A DNA stretch of 63,953 nucleotides, counting the filler, from Octopus bimaculoides (taxonomy: Eukaryota): NCBI RefSeq assembly GCF_001194135.2. It is 8 parts of 8 records of this genome, joined end to end, with 100 filler letters (N's around TTAATTAATTAA, not from the genome) between each part and the next. Parts side by side here need not be neighbours in the genome. Positions count along the whole stretch, not along the records: positions 1 to 17,821 come from NC_069006.1; positions 17,922 to 21,242 come from NC_068983.1; positions 21,343 to 26,171 come from NC_068997.1; 5 more parts are not named here. One strand, written 5' to 3'. Of this stretch, positions 12,076 to 24,288 are shown one piece after another. The first letter of the stretch is position 1. Each line of letters opens with the position of its first letter. The notes under the pieces are model-generated. The model made no database searches and was not told where the DNA came from. It saw only the letters and a program-made list of their open reading frames with translations. Made by a program: the position numbers and the translations under genes.

Positions 12076-12180
12076 TCCGCGGTACACGTGTTTCAAGCTT
12101 TATACACAAACAGTCGTTGCATCATTATATGGGTATATAATTGATAGACAGGATGGTATAAAGCTATCTTCAGCCGCAAA
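12076..12180 (-). ncRNA. Type I hammerhead ribozyme (Penelope-associated minimal type) with a 50-nt insert in loop II
   Basis: Minus strand: UUUGCGG-CUGAAGA-U-AGCUUUAUAC-(50 nt)-GUAUAAAGCU-U-GAAA-C-ACGU-GUA|CCGCGGA. Stem I is 7 bp including two G-U pairs, stem II is a perfect 10 bp, loop III is palindromic, and the cleavage triplet is GUA. Confidence 0.75.
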
Positions 12181-12765
12181 TATATTCTTTCCCAAGCATT
12201 ATATCACAAAGACGAAGTCATCAAGAAAAAAGTAAATGAGAGAGAATATAATAAAGCAAAGCAAATACAAATAAGAAAATGTCTAGGAAGCATTCACATT
12301 TAACGTAGTTTGGTTGAAGCTTAAAAAAAGAAAAAAATTACTACATTAGATAATATATATGTGCATATATTTATATATAGAGAGAGAGAGAGAAAGAAAG
12401 AAGTTTCAATTTGCCAGTACAAATCAGAGCCCGTAATTAATTCATAGGTATGTCCCTTGCTTTCGCAGCAGAATGGAGTGAAGAATAATTTTACTATTTT
12501 GGGCAGACATTACAAGTATCGAACAATGAGAATAAGTGCTCAATGGAAATGAACACTGATTTTCCTTTGTGATAGGCTTGATAATTGTTGAGGGCATCCT
12601 TAACATGAAACCATTGTTAGCCTTGATCCTCAAATAAAGTTTACATATAATATATATATATATGTTAAATTCAAATTACGATAAACGTAAACAAACAAAC
12701 AAAGTTTGCTTTAGAAGCGTTGAGATGTCTTAGAAAGTTAAAGAAGTGATTTTGAATTCTCAATC

Positions 12766-12884
12766 GCAGGATAATGCTAAGAATATAGCCTGAACAGGAT
12801 AAACTATCCCTAACCGCCTACACTTTTTTCTGCAAAATAGGGGTAGTTTGTCCTGTTCAGGCTATATTATTAGCATTATACTGC
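12766..12884. repeat. 47-bp inverted repeat with a 25-nt spacer (hairpin or small MITE)
   Basis: Arms 12766-12812 and 12838-12884 are complementary at 43 of 47 positions; two more positions are U-G wobbles on the + strand. Confidence 0.85.
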
Positions 12885-14273
12885 AAAACAGAATTAGTAC
12901 TAGGGGTCGATTTGCTCAACTAAAGGCGGTGCTCCAGCATGGCCACAGTCAAATGACTGAAACAAGTAATAGAGAGTAAAGAGTAATTTAAGGAACCATA
13001 AGACTTAATTGCAAACACACACACAGCTGCCTTTTTAGATAAACTACTAAATTGTTAGAGTATTTCTTCATCATTTGTAGAAAGCTTCTTTTTTTTCACC
13101 AAGTTATATCGAAATCTATGAACATTGTTTATCTTTTTCCATCTCTATCTCTCTCTCTCTTTGTTTTTTTTTTTTTTGTTTTACTGTGATGCTTCTCTGA
13201 ATGTTATACTAAATGTTAAAAAGAAAATGCCAAGAACAGAAAAAGAACCCAGTATTTTTGGGGTTCTTTTTTTTTTTTTTANNNNNNNNNNNNNNNNNNN
13301 NNNNNNNNNNNNNNNNNNNNNNNNNNNNNNNNNNNNNNNNNNNNNNNNNNNNNNNNNNNNNNNNNNNNNNNNNNNNNNNNNNNNNNNNNNNNNNNNNNNN
13401 NNNNNNNNNNNNNNNNNNNNNNNNNNNNNNNNNNNNNNNNNNNNNAAAAAAAAAAAAAAGAAAATCTCCAAGTTTTCACATGGGCACGTACTGATAGACT
13501 CCGTGTCGTCTGAATTCTGGTTTTGTGTGTGCAGTTGTTTGTAAAAGAAGAAAGATATAATTGAAAAAAAATTTTATTTTTAATTTATAATGAAAGCTGA
13601 AAAATAGGGCAAAATTACCTTTTGGCTGCTTAATCAAGGTGCTGGTTTTTACCTGAATTTCAATAACTTTTTTGATATTTAAAATTTTTTTTTTGTTAAT
13701 TGCTCTCTCTATTTTTCTTATGATCTGCTATATCTTATAATGGTTATAAATGAGTTTCGGACATTTTATTTCAAACTATATATTTGAATAATCATGGCTA
13801 CTGTGGTACTGAAATTTAATTAATTACACACACACACACACACGTATTCACATATATATTTCACTTTCTTACTCCTTGAGTGTTTTCTCTAGCACCATAA
13901 CACTACTTTCCACTTGTCTCCTTTAGCCAGGTATCTTCTCTATAGCGAAACACCTGTCCCTCTGACATGCTCTAGCCCCTCAGCACCTGGCATAAAGCTG
14001 CCTCCTCCAATATGTCCTCTTAGTTGCGGGAGCTTTTTCTCCCCTAGCCCTGTTCTCTTTGTAACTTGCAAGTCACATGTCAGCATCACCACTACTTAAG
14101 GCACAAAACAAGAAGCACCTGGGAGAATCTGTAAAGTTGTTGGTGTTGGTAAGGGGCATCCAGCCATAAAAGCCATGCCAAAGATAACACAGGAGTTCAA
14201 CACAACCCTGCAGCATATCAATTCCCAGTCAAACTGTCCAACCCATGCCAGCATGGAAGACAGACATTAAATG

Positions 14274-14313
<40 letters not shown>

Positions 14314-14314
<1 letters not shown>

Positions 14315-14547
14315 GGCGGCGAGCTGGCAGAAACGTTAGCACGCCGGGCGAAATGCTTAGCGGTATTTCGTCTGCCGCTACATTCTGAGTTCAAATTCCA
14401 CCGAGGTCGACTTTGCCTTTCGTCCTTTCGGGGGTCGATTAAATAAGTACCAGTCACGCACTGGGGTCGAAATAATCGACTTAATCCGTTTGTCTGTCTT
14501 TGTTTGTCCCCTCTGTGTGTAGCCCCTTGTGGGCAGTAAAGAAATAA
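14314..14547 (+). mobile_element. SINE family C, apparently young copy between (CA)n tracts
   Basis: CpG-retaining copy; related copies at 6183, 55332 (-) and many degenerate ones at 16-17.5, 46-48.6 and 51.5-53.4 kb. Confidence 0.85.
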
Positions 14548-15143
14548 CACACACACNNNNNNNNNNNNNNNNNNNNNNNNNNNNNNNNNNNNNNNNNNNN
14601 NNNNNNNNNNNNNNNNNNNNNNNNNNNNNNNNNNNNNNNNNNNNNNNNNNNNNNNNNNNNNNNNNNNNNNNNNNNNNNNNNNNNNNNNNNNNNNNNNNNN
14701 NNNNNNNNNNNNNNNNNNNNNNNNNNNNNNNNNNNNNNNNNNNNNNNNNNNNNNNNNNNNNNNNNNNNNNNNNNNNNNNNNNNNNNNNNNNNNNNNNNNN
14801 NNNNNNNNNNNNNNNNNNNNNNNNNNNNNNNNNNNNNNNNNNNNNNNNNNNNNNNNNNNNNNNNNNNNNNNNNNNNNNNNNNNNNNNNNNNNNNNNNNNN
14901 NNNNNNNNNNNNNNNNNNNNNNNNNNNNNNNNNNNNNNNNNNNNNNNNNNNNNNNNNNNNNNNNNNNNNNNNNNNNNNNNNNNNNNNNNNNNNNNNNNNN
15001 NNNNNNNNNNNNNNNNNNNNNNNNNNNNNNNNNNNNNNNNNNNNNNNNNNNNNNNNNNNNNNNNNNNNNNNNNNNNNNNNNNNNNNNNNNNNNNNNNNNN
15101 NNNNNNNNNNNNNNNNNNNNNNNNNNNNNNNNNNNNNNNNNNN

Positions 15144-15178
<35 letters not shown>

Positions 15179-15497
15179 TGATACCTGATGAGTATACTAT
15201 TAAAACCCTTCTTAATTTGCAGTATTCATCTTGAACAAGTATCTCTTATAGACATAAGAGTGTTAAAAACTGCAGAAACATAGCAGCAGTAGTGGTGGAA
15301 TTGTTAGATGTAGATTTCTGCTTGTTAGCTGCATCAGTAGCTAATATCCACATCACCATATATGATATATATTATATCTGTATGTGGAGTACATGTTAAG
15401 TATAAGCAAGTTAGGCATGTTAATATGCAAAAAATATGAAGCACAGTTAATGCAAAAAAATGTCCATGTGTTTACATATGAGAAGGTCCTGAGATAT

Positions 15498-15703
15498 GAG
15501 ACCCCCTTCGGTCATTGACTGACCATGGGATTGCACCTAGAAAGTTACCCTCCGAGGCACAAGTCCAAGCAAGGTTGTTTGTGGAAGGCCAGCAGTCAGC
15601 CATGCATACCAGCCTCCCCTCTCCACGCCACCAATGTTATCCGAGGCAAAGGCAAAGGGGCCGATACAGCTTGGCACCTGTGGCGTCGCAACTCATTTCT
15701 ACA
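15498..15703 (-). mobile_element. Family G SINE fragment (head missing)
   Basis: Matches 6394-6550. Confidence 0.65.
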
Positions 15704-16559
15704 TGACCATTTTTCTAAAAATTTACTTCTCAGTCCAGATGTTCTGTGTTAGATGTGACTGGCTGTTGGCATTTGGCAACTATCTTCCATCATACACTCA
15801 AGTTGACCTGCATACTCACATTTTAGCCATGAGTTGAAGTAATTCATTGTTATTCAAATATATAGAAAATGTCAGAATACTTGTTTTGACTTAGCCTTTC
15901 TTCTTAATTCATCTTCTTTTAAAAAGATAAAACGAGTTTCTATCTTTCTATCTCTATATCTTCTTCTTATTTTTATCGTCTCAGAACTGACCTTATTTCT
16001 GGTAGAATTTATGTGGGTAGCCGGTTACTACCTGCAACTTTAGATTATCCACATGATTTCAATAAACCATCGAGTGCTCAAAACCCCTTCTGAATTATTA
16101 TTATGAGTTGGCAGAACTGCTGGACAAAATGTTTCGTTGCATTTTATCCATCATTACATTCTGAGTTCAAATTCCATCAAGGTCAACTTTGCTGGTCGTT
16201 CTTTCAGGGTCTATAAAATCATCATCAGTTGAATGCTGGGGATCAGTGTTATCGACTTCCCCTTTCCCCCTGTAATTGCTGGCCTTGTGCTAAAATGTGA
16301 AACTGATATTGTTATTAAGGCAGCGAGATGGCAGAATTATTAGGATGTAAAACAAAATACTTATTAGCATTTCATTTGTCTTCAATTCTGAGTTCAAATT
16401 CTGCCAAGGTTGACTTAGCCTTTCATCCTTTCAGGATTGATACAATAAATACCAGTTGCATACTGGAGTTAATGAAATCAATTACTACCCCACCCCTTAT
16501 ACCAACCTTAGTACTTATCAATATTATTTTTATTTACTTATCTTCTCCTGATTTATCCA

Positions 16560-16790
16560 TGTCACATCCTTGCTCAGTCCCCACTGCTTAGAGACACGAT
16601 ACCCATTCTCAACACATGACCTATTCCAATTCTTGCTGTCACCTGAATACTTCCTAAGAAGTATGGTATTTGCAGCTTTTGATGTCAGAATATTGCTGTT
16701 TTTGAGATGGTCCCAAGTGCACTGATCACAATAGGTACCACACTCACTTTTGAGGCACAATGGTGCCTTTTCACTTCCAATATTAGATTT
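16560..16790 (-). mobile_element. R4/Dong-type LINE C-terminal remnant
   Basis: Minus translation VVPIVISALGTIS...IQVTARIGIGHVLR resembles the RLE C-terminal motif (VVPVVIGALG...LGTAHILR). Confidence 0.6.
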
Positions 16791-17320
16791 TTGTTACTGC
16801 CCAACTTGTCTTTTGTCATCACACAATTTCAGGCTTGCAGGTATAGTTATATTGATGATGAATTATTATTATTGTTGTTGGCAGTGAGCTGGTAGAATTG
16901 TTAGTACGCTGGACGAAATGCTTAGCGGTAATTTGCCATTCTTTCAGAGTTGAAAAATTAAGTACCAGTTGAGGACTGGGGTTGGCATAATCTACTAGCC
17001 CTCTCCCCCAAAATTTCAGGCCTTGTACCTACAGCAGAAAGGATTATTATTATCATTATTATTATTATTATTAATAATAATAATGATAAAGGTGGTGCGC
17101 TGGCAGAATTGTTAGTAGTTTTTTATGCATTCTTACATTCTGAATTCGAATTCTGCTGAGTGGCTTTTTATCTAAGTTCTGAGTTCAAATCTCAATGAGG
17201 TCGACTTTGCCTTTCATCCTTTCAGGGATAGCACTGGTGTCAATGTAATCAACTTAACCCCCTCCACTGAAGTTGCTGGCCACGCACCAAAATTTGAAAC
17301 CATCATTATTATTATTGTTA

Positions 17321-17364
<44 letters not shown>

Positions 17365-17581
17365 TTCAAGGTGGCAAGCTGGTAGAATTTCCAGCACTCC
17401 AGCCATAATGCTTAGCAACATTTCATCCCCATCCTTCCATTCTGAGTTTGCATGTAATCCATTCAGGGTTCATAAAATAGGGATCAGTTGAGCACTGGAG
17501 TTGATGTAATCGACTTTAATCTCCTCTCTGAAATTGCAGGCCTTGTGCCAAAATTTGAAATCATCATCATTATAATTATTA

Positions 17582-17628
<47 letters not shown>

Positions 17629-17921
17629 AATCCAGCATTGAAAGAAAAGTTCTGTTGAAATAGCACCAGGGAACAATGATGATTTGAAACTCTGTTTCTT
17701 GGTTTGGGTTCTTCTTTGTCTCTTTTGCAGCTCTTCCATAATTGGCGGCTGGATGGCTTAGCCCATAATCTAATCTCTTGAAATCCCAAGAACGGCAACA
17801 GCAACAACAGCAGCCACCACTNNNNNNNNNNNNNNNNNNNNNNNNNNNNNNNNNNNNNNNNNNNNTTAATTAATTAANNNNNNNNNNNNNNNNNNNNNNN
17901 NNNNNNNNNNNNNNNNNNNNN

Positions 17922-18235
17922 TGATTACTACCTAGCTCAGATACCAGGAAACCCCAAAATGGCTGAAGTCCAAAAGATAGTGCTCATGGGAACTGCCCAT
18001 ATCCTACGTAAAATACTGTCTATGTGATCTCAAATTTTAAAGCAAACATAATTTTCTTATGGTTTCTTAAACATTCACTTGAACAAAACTGTACAAATCC
18101 AAATATATGGTACCCTAGGCATAACACCTACATGAACTTCTAACTTGTTGTCTCTTGAGGTCTCTGGGTGAGACTTGGATCCAACTTGTACAAATGCAAA
18201 ACAAAAGTCAAACATAAAATAATAATAATAATAAT
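17922..18235 (+). mobile_element. R4/Dong-type LINE 3' end with 3'UTR and (TAA)n tail
   Basis: Translation YYLAQIPGNPKMAEVQKIVLMGTAHILRKILSM*, followed by about 210 nt of UTR ending in AATAATAAT. Confidence 0.75.
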
Positions 18236-18236
18236 G

Positions 18237-18587
18237 ACAAGAGCGCTCAGAGAGCGAAAACCTCTGCCAAGGAAACACCAACGTCCTTTCAATGCTTAGC
18301 CAGGGATGATTTTTAAAATGAGAATATCTGAAATAAACTTGACTGCTCTCACAAACAAGAATACTAAAAATGAACCCGACCGCTCTCAAAAATTAAGTAA
18401 AAAAAAAACCGGAAAAATAATCTAGAAACCTTGTCCGGTACCGGACTGATCCCAAAATCTAATCAGTTCGTGCTAGTCACGAGGCCAATCATCACTGACA
18501 GTTTCATCCGAATCCATCCAGCGGTTCTTGAGACACCTTGTCCACAAGCAAACAAACAAACAAACAAACAAACACGACTGAAAATAT
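18237..18587 (+). mobile_element. Helentron-associated-like (HINE/DINE-like) non-autonomous element
   Basis: Starts ACAAGAGCGCTCAGAGAGCG..CCTCTGCCAAGG, contains an (AAAC)n microsatellite near its 3' end, and is inversely homologous to 19035-19230. The family assignment is inferred. Confidence 0.55.
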
Positions 18588-18619
18588 TAGGTTGTTTCAC
18601 ATGAAATATCGCATTTTTA

Positions 18620-19030
18620 ATTACTTGTTATTTCAGCCATTTAAAAACTCAATTATGTATACCTTGCATTTAATCTTGACTCTTTTTCTTACCAAACGAT
18701 ATTGGTATACAAAATTCGTACCCACAGACCTTGTTAGGCTTTTTTTTTCCATCTGTACACATTCTTCTACTGCTATTAAACCTCTTCTACCCTGGTCTCT
18801 CCTCAAGTACAGTCGGTTGATATCAGCTTTCGGATAGTGGGTTTCATACATTGTCAACAACTTTCTAGTTTTTCTGCCAAGTTTCTTTATATCGATATTT
18901 TTTGTCCAGTCTATAATTCCAACTCCATATCTGACAAAGGGTACTGCTCTTGAATTTATTGCTTCAATAACACTTTCTTTTTGAATTCAGCTTTGACTGC
19001 AATAATTTTCTTACTCTGTTTCGTTTCCAT
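18620..19030 (-). mobile_element. R4/Dong-type LINE RT/thumb fragment
   Basis: HYPKADINRLYLRRDQGRRGLIAVEECVQMEK, homologous to SDTDRLYLSRRKGRRDLISCQDCIEAE at about 29570-29650. Confidence 0.75.
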
Positions 19031-19034
19031 TATT

Positions 19035-19230
19035 ATTACCTATGTCTTAGCGAAGGCGGAGGTATTGTTTTCAGTCGTGTTTGTTTGTTCGTTTGTTTGT
19101 CCATTGACAAAATATCTCAAGAACCACTAGATGGATTCCTATGAAACTTTCAGGGATGTTTGACCTTGTGACTGGCACGAACTGATTAGATTTTGGGATC
19201 GATCCAGTTCTGGACAAGGATTCTGAATAA
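19035..19230 (-). mobile_element. HINE-like element 3' part with terminal hairpin
   Basis: The minus-strand end is a degenerate CCTCCGCC..GGCGGAGG-type hairpin followed by TAAT; homologous to 18429-18587. Confidence 0.55.
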
Positions 19231-19539
19231 TTTGTTATATTTACTTTACATGAAATATTACGATCTTACGTTCACTTTCAAGTTTTTCTCTGATTATCTC
19301 CCTTGAAAGCACACTCATGGTTTCCACGTAAGTTGTGGCGGCGTTTCTGTTTCCAAAGTTTTATTTTCATTTCTCTATTATTAATTTTATTCGCGTCTCT
19401 ATCTTAGTAGAAACTGATGGATAAAGAAATCAAACTATATAGAAAAATAGCAGCGAAACTTCAGAAATTAAATAACATTAACATATTCAGTAGCAGTAAT
19501 AAATTTAATTTATCTTTTCGACAATTTTTAGTTTTACCA

Positions 19540-19611
19540 AAGTTGTCGTAGTCGTCGTTTTATTGTCATCGTTCGATACCACCATCATCGACATCATCGT
19601 CGTTGTCGTCG

Positions 19612-19675
<64 letters not shown>

Positions 19676-19920
19676 TATCATCATCGTCATCAGCATCATC
19701 GCTATCATCATCGTCATCAGCAACAACAACGAAGACACGAGGAGGAACAGGAAAAAGAAGAAAATAAAGATAAAGAAGAAGAAGAAGGAGGAGGAGGAGA
19801 AGAAGAAGAAGAAGAAGAAGAAGAAGAAGAAGAAGAAGAAGAAGAAGAAGAAGAAGAAGAAGAAGAAGAAGAACGAGAAGAAAAAGAACGAGAAGAAGAA
19901 GAAGAAGAAGAAGAAGAAGA
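19540..19920. repeat. Compound trinucleotide microsatellite (GTC)/(ATC)n/(AAG)n
   Basis: Direct reading. Confidence 0.95.
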
Positions 19921-20268
19921 AAAAATACCACTACAAACATAAAAAAACAAGAACTTAAAAATTACAAATAAGGAAAAACAAAAATAAACAAAAAAGAAAA
20001 ACAGAAATAGGGAATGCACAAGAAAATTCTTCGAAAAGGTAAAAGTGGCGAGTTTTTTTTTTTAATTCCATAGTGTTTTACAGACAAGAATGGAGGTTTT
20101 GCATTCTTTATTGAGTTTGGTAGAAAGTGGAGAAAGCATGATAAGTCTATAGAATAAACACCACTGGCTGTCCATTATGATGTCCAGGTGGACGTTACCA
20201 AATTCCTAATTGGTCAGTGCTGAAATAATTGCTGACAGAAGCAAAACCAAACAACAACAATAACAACG

Positions 20269-20351
<83 letters not shown>

Positions 20352-21184
20352 CTTGCTGGACTGATAGTTGGCAAAAATCAGATGAAGACGAAGGTAAAAA
20401 CAGAATGGAACGCGTGAAAGTAGACATATTCGCGCAAAGACACATATAAATACACTTATGAATACGTATNNNNNNNNNNNNNNNNNNNNNNNNNNNNNNN
20501 NNNNNNNNNNNNNNNNNNNNNNNNNNNNNNNNNNNNNNNNNNNNNNNNNNNNNNNNNNNNNNNNNNNNNNNNNNNNNNNNNNNNNNNNNNNNNNNNNNNN
20601 NNNNNNNNNNNNNNNNNNNNNNNNNNNNNNNNNNNNNNNNNNNNNNNNNNNNNNNNNNNNNNNNNNNNNNNNNNNNNNNNNNNNNNNNNNNNNNNNNNNN
20701 NNNNNNNNNNNNNNNNNNNNNNNNNNNNNNNNNNNNNNNNNNNNNNNNNNNNNNNNNNNNNNNNNNNNNNNNNNNNNNNNNNNNNNNNNNNNNNNNNNNN
20801 NNNTATATATATATATATACTATATATCTACACGCACACAAACACACACACACACACACACACACATATGTATATAAACGCATACACATACATATATCGT
20901 ATATGCATACATACGTACACGTGTGTGTATGTATATATGGATATATGTATACGTATGCATGTACCTATGTATTTATGTATCTGTCTAATTGTTTGTATAA
21001 GTATGTATATGTGTATGATTATTTCTTATATAGACTTATACAGAACAAATTGTGTACGAGACGGGAAGGGTTAGAAAACGAGTGTGAGAATAGAGAAAAG
21101 ATAAAAGCTATGTAGATAGACAGATAGGTCAAGAGATTGGTTCAGAGAGAGACACAACAAGAAAATTAACAAGCGGAGGGAGAG

Positions 21185-21242
<58 letters not shown>

Positions 21243-21342
21243 NNNNNNNNNNNNNNNNNNNNNNNNNNNNNNNNNNNNNNNNNNNNTTAATTAATTAANN
21301 NNNNNNNNNNNNNNNNNNNNNNNNNNNNNNNNNNNNNNNNNN

Positions 21343-21745
21343 CTTTCTTCTTTGGACAAGCGTTCATCAACTTTTTAAAGTTTCATTTGAAAAGAAAAGT
21401 GAGGGTGGAGAGGGAAGTTCTGCTCTTCCCCCAGCAATTTTGTTAAAAGGAGGGTGAATTTTGCAAGAATGGCCCGAGTGAATGGGCCTACTCTAAGCAT
21501 GCGCCTGTAGACAAAATGGGAAGGGAACTTACCCTGGTGGTCAGGACTGTTATGGACTTGTGGGGTTTTCACGAGCAGTCCTAGGAGGTTTCCCTCTTTC
21601 GGGGAATTTGTTGTTATATTCGATTATTGCTTTGCTATTATCATTGTTTACACGACTTTCATGTAACCCCACATTGGATTTGTTCTGTGTTGTCCATAAC
21701 GCATTTTGTATGTAAACCCTTAGCGGTTAATAAAGAAATCATCGT
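21343..21745 (+). mobile_element. Tx1/L1-type LINE 3' end followed by (ATC)n(ATT)n
   Basis: Translation GQAFINFLKFHLKRKVRVEREVL, then 3'UTR with AATAAA and a microsatellite tail; the clade is inferred. Confidence 0.5.
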
Positions 21746-21783
21746 CATCATCATCATCATCATCATCATCATAATCATCATCA

Positions 21784-21836
<53 letters not shown>

Positions 21837-21900
21837 GTTGTTATTATTATTGTTATTATTGTTGTTGTTGTAGTAGTTATAGTAATAGTAGTTGTTGTTA

Positions 21901-21970
<70 letters not shown>
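21746..21970. repeat. Compound (ATC)n(ATT)n(GTT/GTA) microsatellite
   Basis: Direct reading. Confidence 0.95.
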
Positions 21971-21971
<1 letters not shown>

Positions 21972-22513
21972 GAGTGAGAGAGCAGTGCATGCCATCAAAG
22001 TGACACTGGGGTAAAATATACGAAGCCCATTATACCCATCATGACTACCCGTCTGATAAGGGTACACCAGGCACATGCATCACAACCATATGTGCGCAAC
22101 ATGGTGATCTCATATCAAGATAAATAGCGCATGACCTTGCAGGTGGGGCCCAGTTAGAATTTTCTTCATGTCGAGTAGCCCATCCCACTCAAAAGGTCCT
22201 TCAATAAAGGTTGTTTGAGGATGTCGAACGAAATACCCATGTTTCCAAAGGTGAATTATCCAAATCCAAAGAATTCCTTTCAACACATGGCTATGATGCT
22301 CCCCCAATACTTCTGCTCGTGATCAGAGATGCACATGTCATCAGCCACTAAGGGACATGCTCAACTGGTTAAGGTCAAGCAACCGACAAGCAAATCTGTG
22401 GTATTGAGCAGAATATTTGCTGTAGCCCATCTTTTATACCAAGACAAAACAATGTACATGATAACACTGCCAATCAAGATGAGAAGCCAAGAAAGCCACT
22501 GCCTGGTACTGCA
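21971..22513 (-). mobile_element. Near full-length family A non-autonomous retroelement with (TAA)n tail
   Basis: Homologous to 1-260, 34515-34842 and 27023-27105; the 3' end is CTCTCTCACTC followed by (AAT)n. Confidence 0.8.
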
Positions 22514-23335
22514 CTTGATTTTCACCTCTCCTAATACTTGATTCCCTGCTGTCAGTTCCATTCTCCTGTATTTCATGCTATTCCATATAAGGCTCCTCAT
22601 ATTCTCTGCTACTCCATTCATTTCCATTGTTCTTATTATCCAGGAGTGTGGTATCATATCGTATGCTTTGTGATAGTCAACCCATGCCATGCTCAGGTTT
22701 GTATGTCTTCTGCAGTTCCTNNNNNNNNNNGGTATCATATCGTATGCTTTGTGATAGTCAACCCATGCCATGCTCAGGTTTGTATGTCTTCTGCAGTTCC
22801 TGATAATTAGATTATCAATTAAGAGCTGATCCTTCGTTCCCCAGCTCCTTTTTCGGCACTCTTTCTGTTCAGTGGGTAGCAGTCCACATCTTTGCAAGTA
22901 TCTGTACAGCTGACCGGCCAAAGCACCTGACATTAGTTTCCACATTAGCGGGAAGCATGTTACTGGTTTGAAGTTGGATGCAACATTTCTCTTTTCAGGA
23001 TCCTTGTCACATAACAATGTCTTTCCCTTTGTCATCCAGCTGGTTACTTCGCCTTCCTGCAAGCACTCATCTAGCTGTTGTATTATCGTTTCATGGGGCC
23101 CTCTCAGCTTCTTCATCCAATACCCTTGGACCCCAACCGGTCCTGGGCTTTTCCAATTTGAGAATTTTCGTAACTGCTTTTTATCATTTCTATAGTTATC
23201 TTTATGTCTTCTTGGACTTCTATATTTCTTAACCTATCTTGGATTTCATGCAGCCACTTCACTTCATCATTATGCTCTAAAGGTTGGTCCCAGATCCCTC
23301 TCCAGAATGCCTGTTGTTTCATCAAGGTGTTACTG
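22514..23335 (-). mobile_element. R4/Dong-type LINE reverse transcriptase fragment
   Basis: FWRGIWDQ...NFKPVTCFPLMWKL...[18 protein letters not shown]...NLSMAWVDYHKAYDMIPHSWI; degenerate. Confidence 0.9.
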
Positions 23336-24245
23336 CAAACACGTGGTAGACTTAGAGGCTAGTTCTTGATGTGCAGAGTCTATATTTACTCTCCTATGGT
23401 GGTCAAATGAGCTTTGACGGCCCAAGTAACCTCTGGTTGCTTTAATTTAATTCTTTATTTTTGTATGGAATTCGTTGGTTGACATGATTTTATTCGTCGA
23501 CTAGTTAATGAAAAAATTGATTTCCATGATTTTCGTTACGACAAATGTTTGTTACCACAGGGTCAACTGTACTCCAAAATTACGAACACTGAATCGATGA
23601 GAAAAAAATATGGCACGATACCCATAGATAGCGAACCTGAAGAACAATAGTACACCTTTAGACAGAGAAACACTTCTCCACCTCCTCCTATATTATTTCT
23701 TCATTTCTTTTTAGCGTCTCTACATTCCTGTTATTGATATTTCATACCAGCATCCCTCACCCTACCACCATCTACAGATCAACTTAGATCTTCTGCAGAA
23801 CTGTAATAAAAGATCTATTATTTCGAAAATTCAATCTACTTTAGACAACACTTTATTCTAAATATGACTGTTTATTTTACTCATAATTATATACAAAATC
23901 AAATGATTTTCTGACTTAATTAAAACTGGATTCATAATTTTCAATTGAAATTTCTAAGTATACGCAACAAGCTTTTTTTTTTTATATAATTTGTTCCTCT
24001 TTAAGCAGATTCCAATTTGTGTGCCATGCATATATACACACACACATGGTTATACATACAATCATGTATACATACATTCTTATATATCTACTACACATAG
24101 ATAATCAATGTGCATATATATACATATATGTATGTGCGTATGTGCACACGCACACACATGTATATAATATATTCGTACTCACACACACACACACACGTGT
24201 GTGTGTGTGTGTGTATATATAATCATACATTTATATAATGAATGT

Positions 24246-24288
<43 letters not shown>

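Noticed and set aside
17866-17877. TTAATTAATTAA islands inside N gaps (also near 21.3, 26.2, 35.0, 41.3, 44.7 and 62.3 kb)
   Set aside because: Identical all-frame-stop linker centred in fixed-length gaps; an assembly artefact, not biology.
19505-20019. Poly-K/I/M/D/L ORFs, and the IY/TH/CV-repeat ORFs elsewhere
   Set aside because: Translations of microsatellites.
20084-20225. Faint ankyrin-like words (DKNGG...TPL..DVTKFLI) after a TTTTACAG
   Set aside because: Interrupted by stops, spacing does not fit the ankyrin consensus, and no partner exons were found.
22649-22800. Exact duplication of about 70 bp either side of a 10-N gap in the RT fragment
   Set aside because: Typical unmerged contig overlap.
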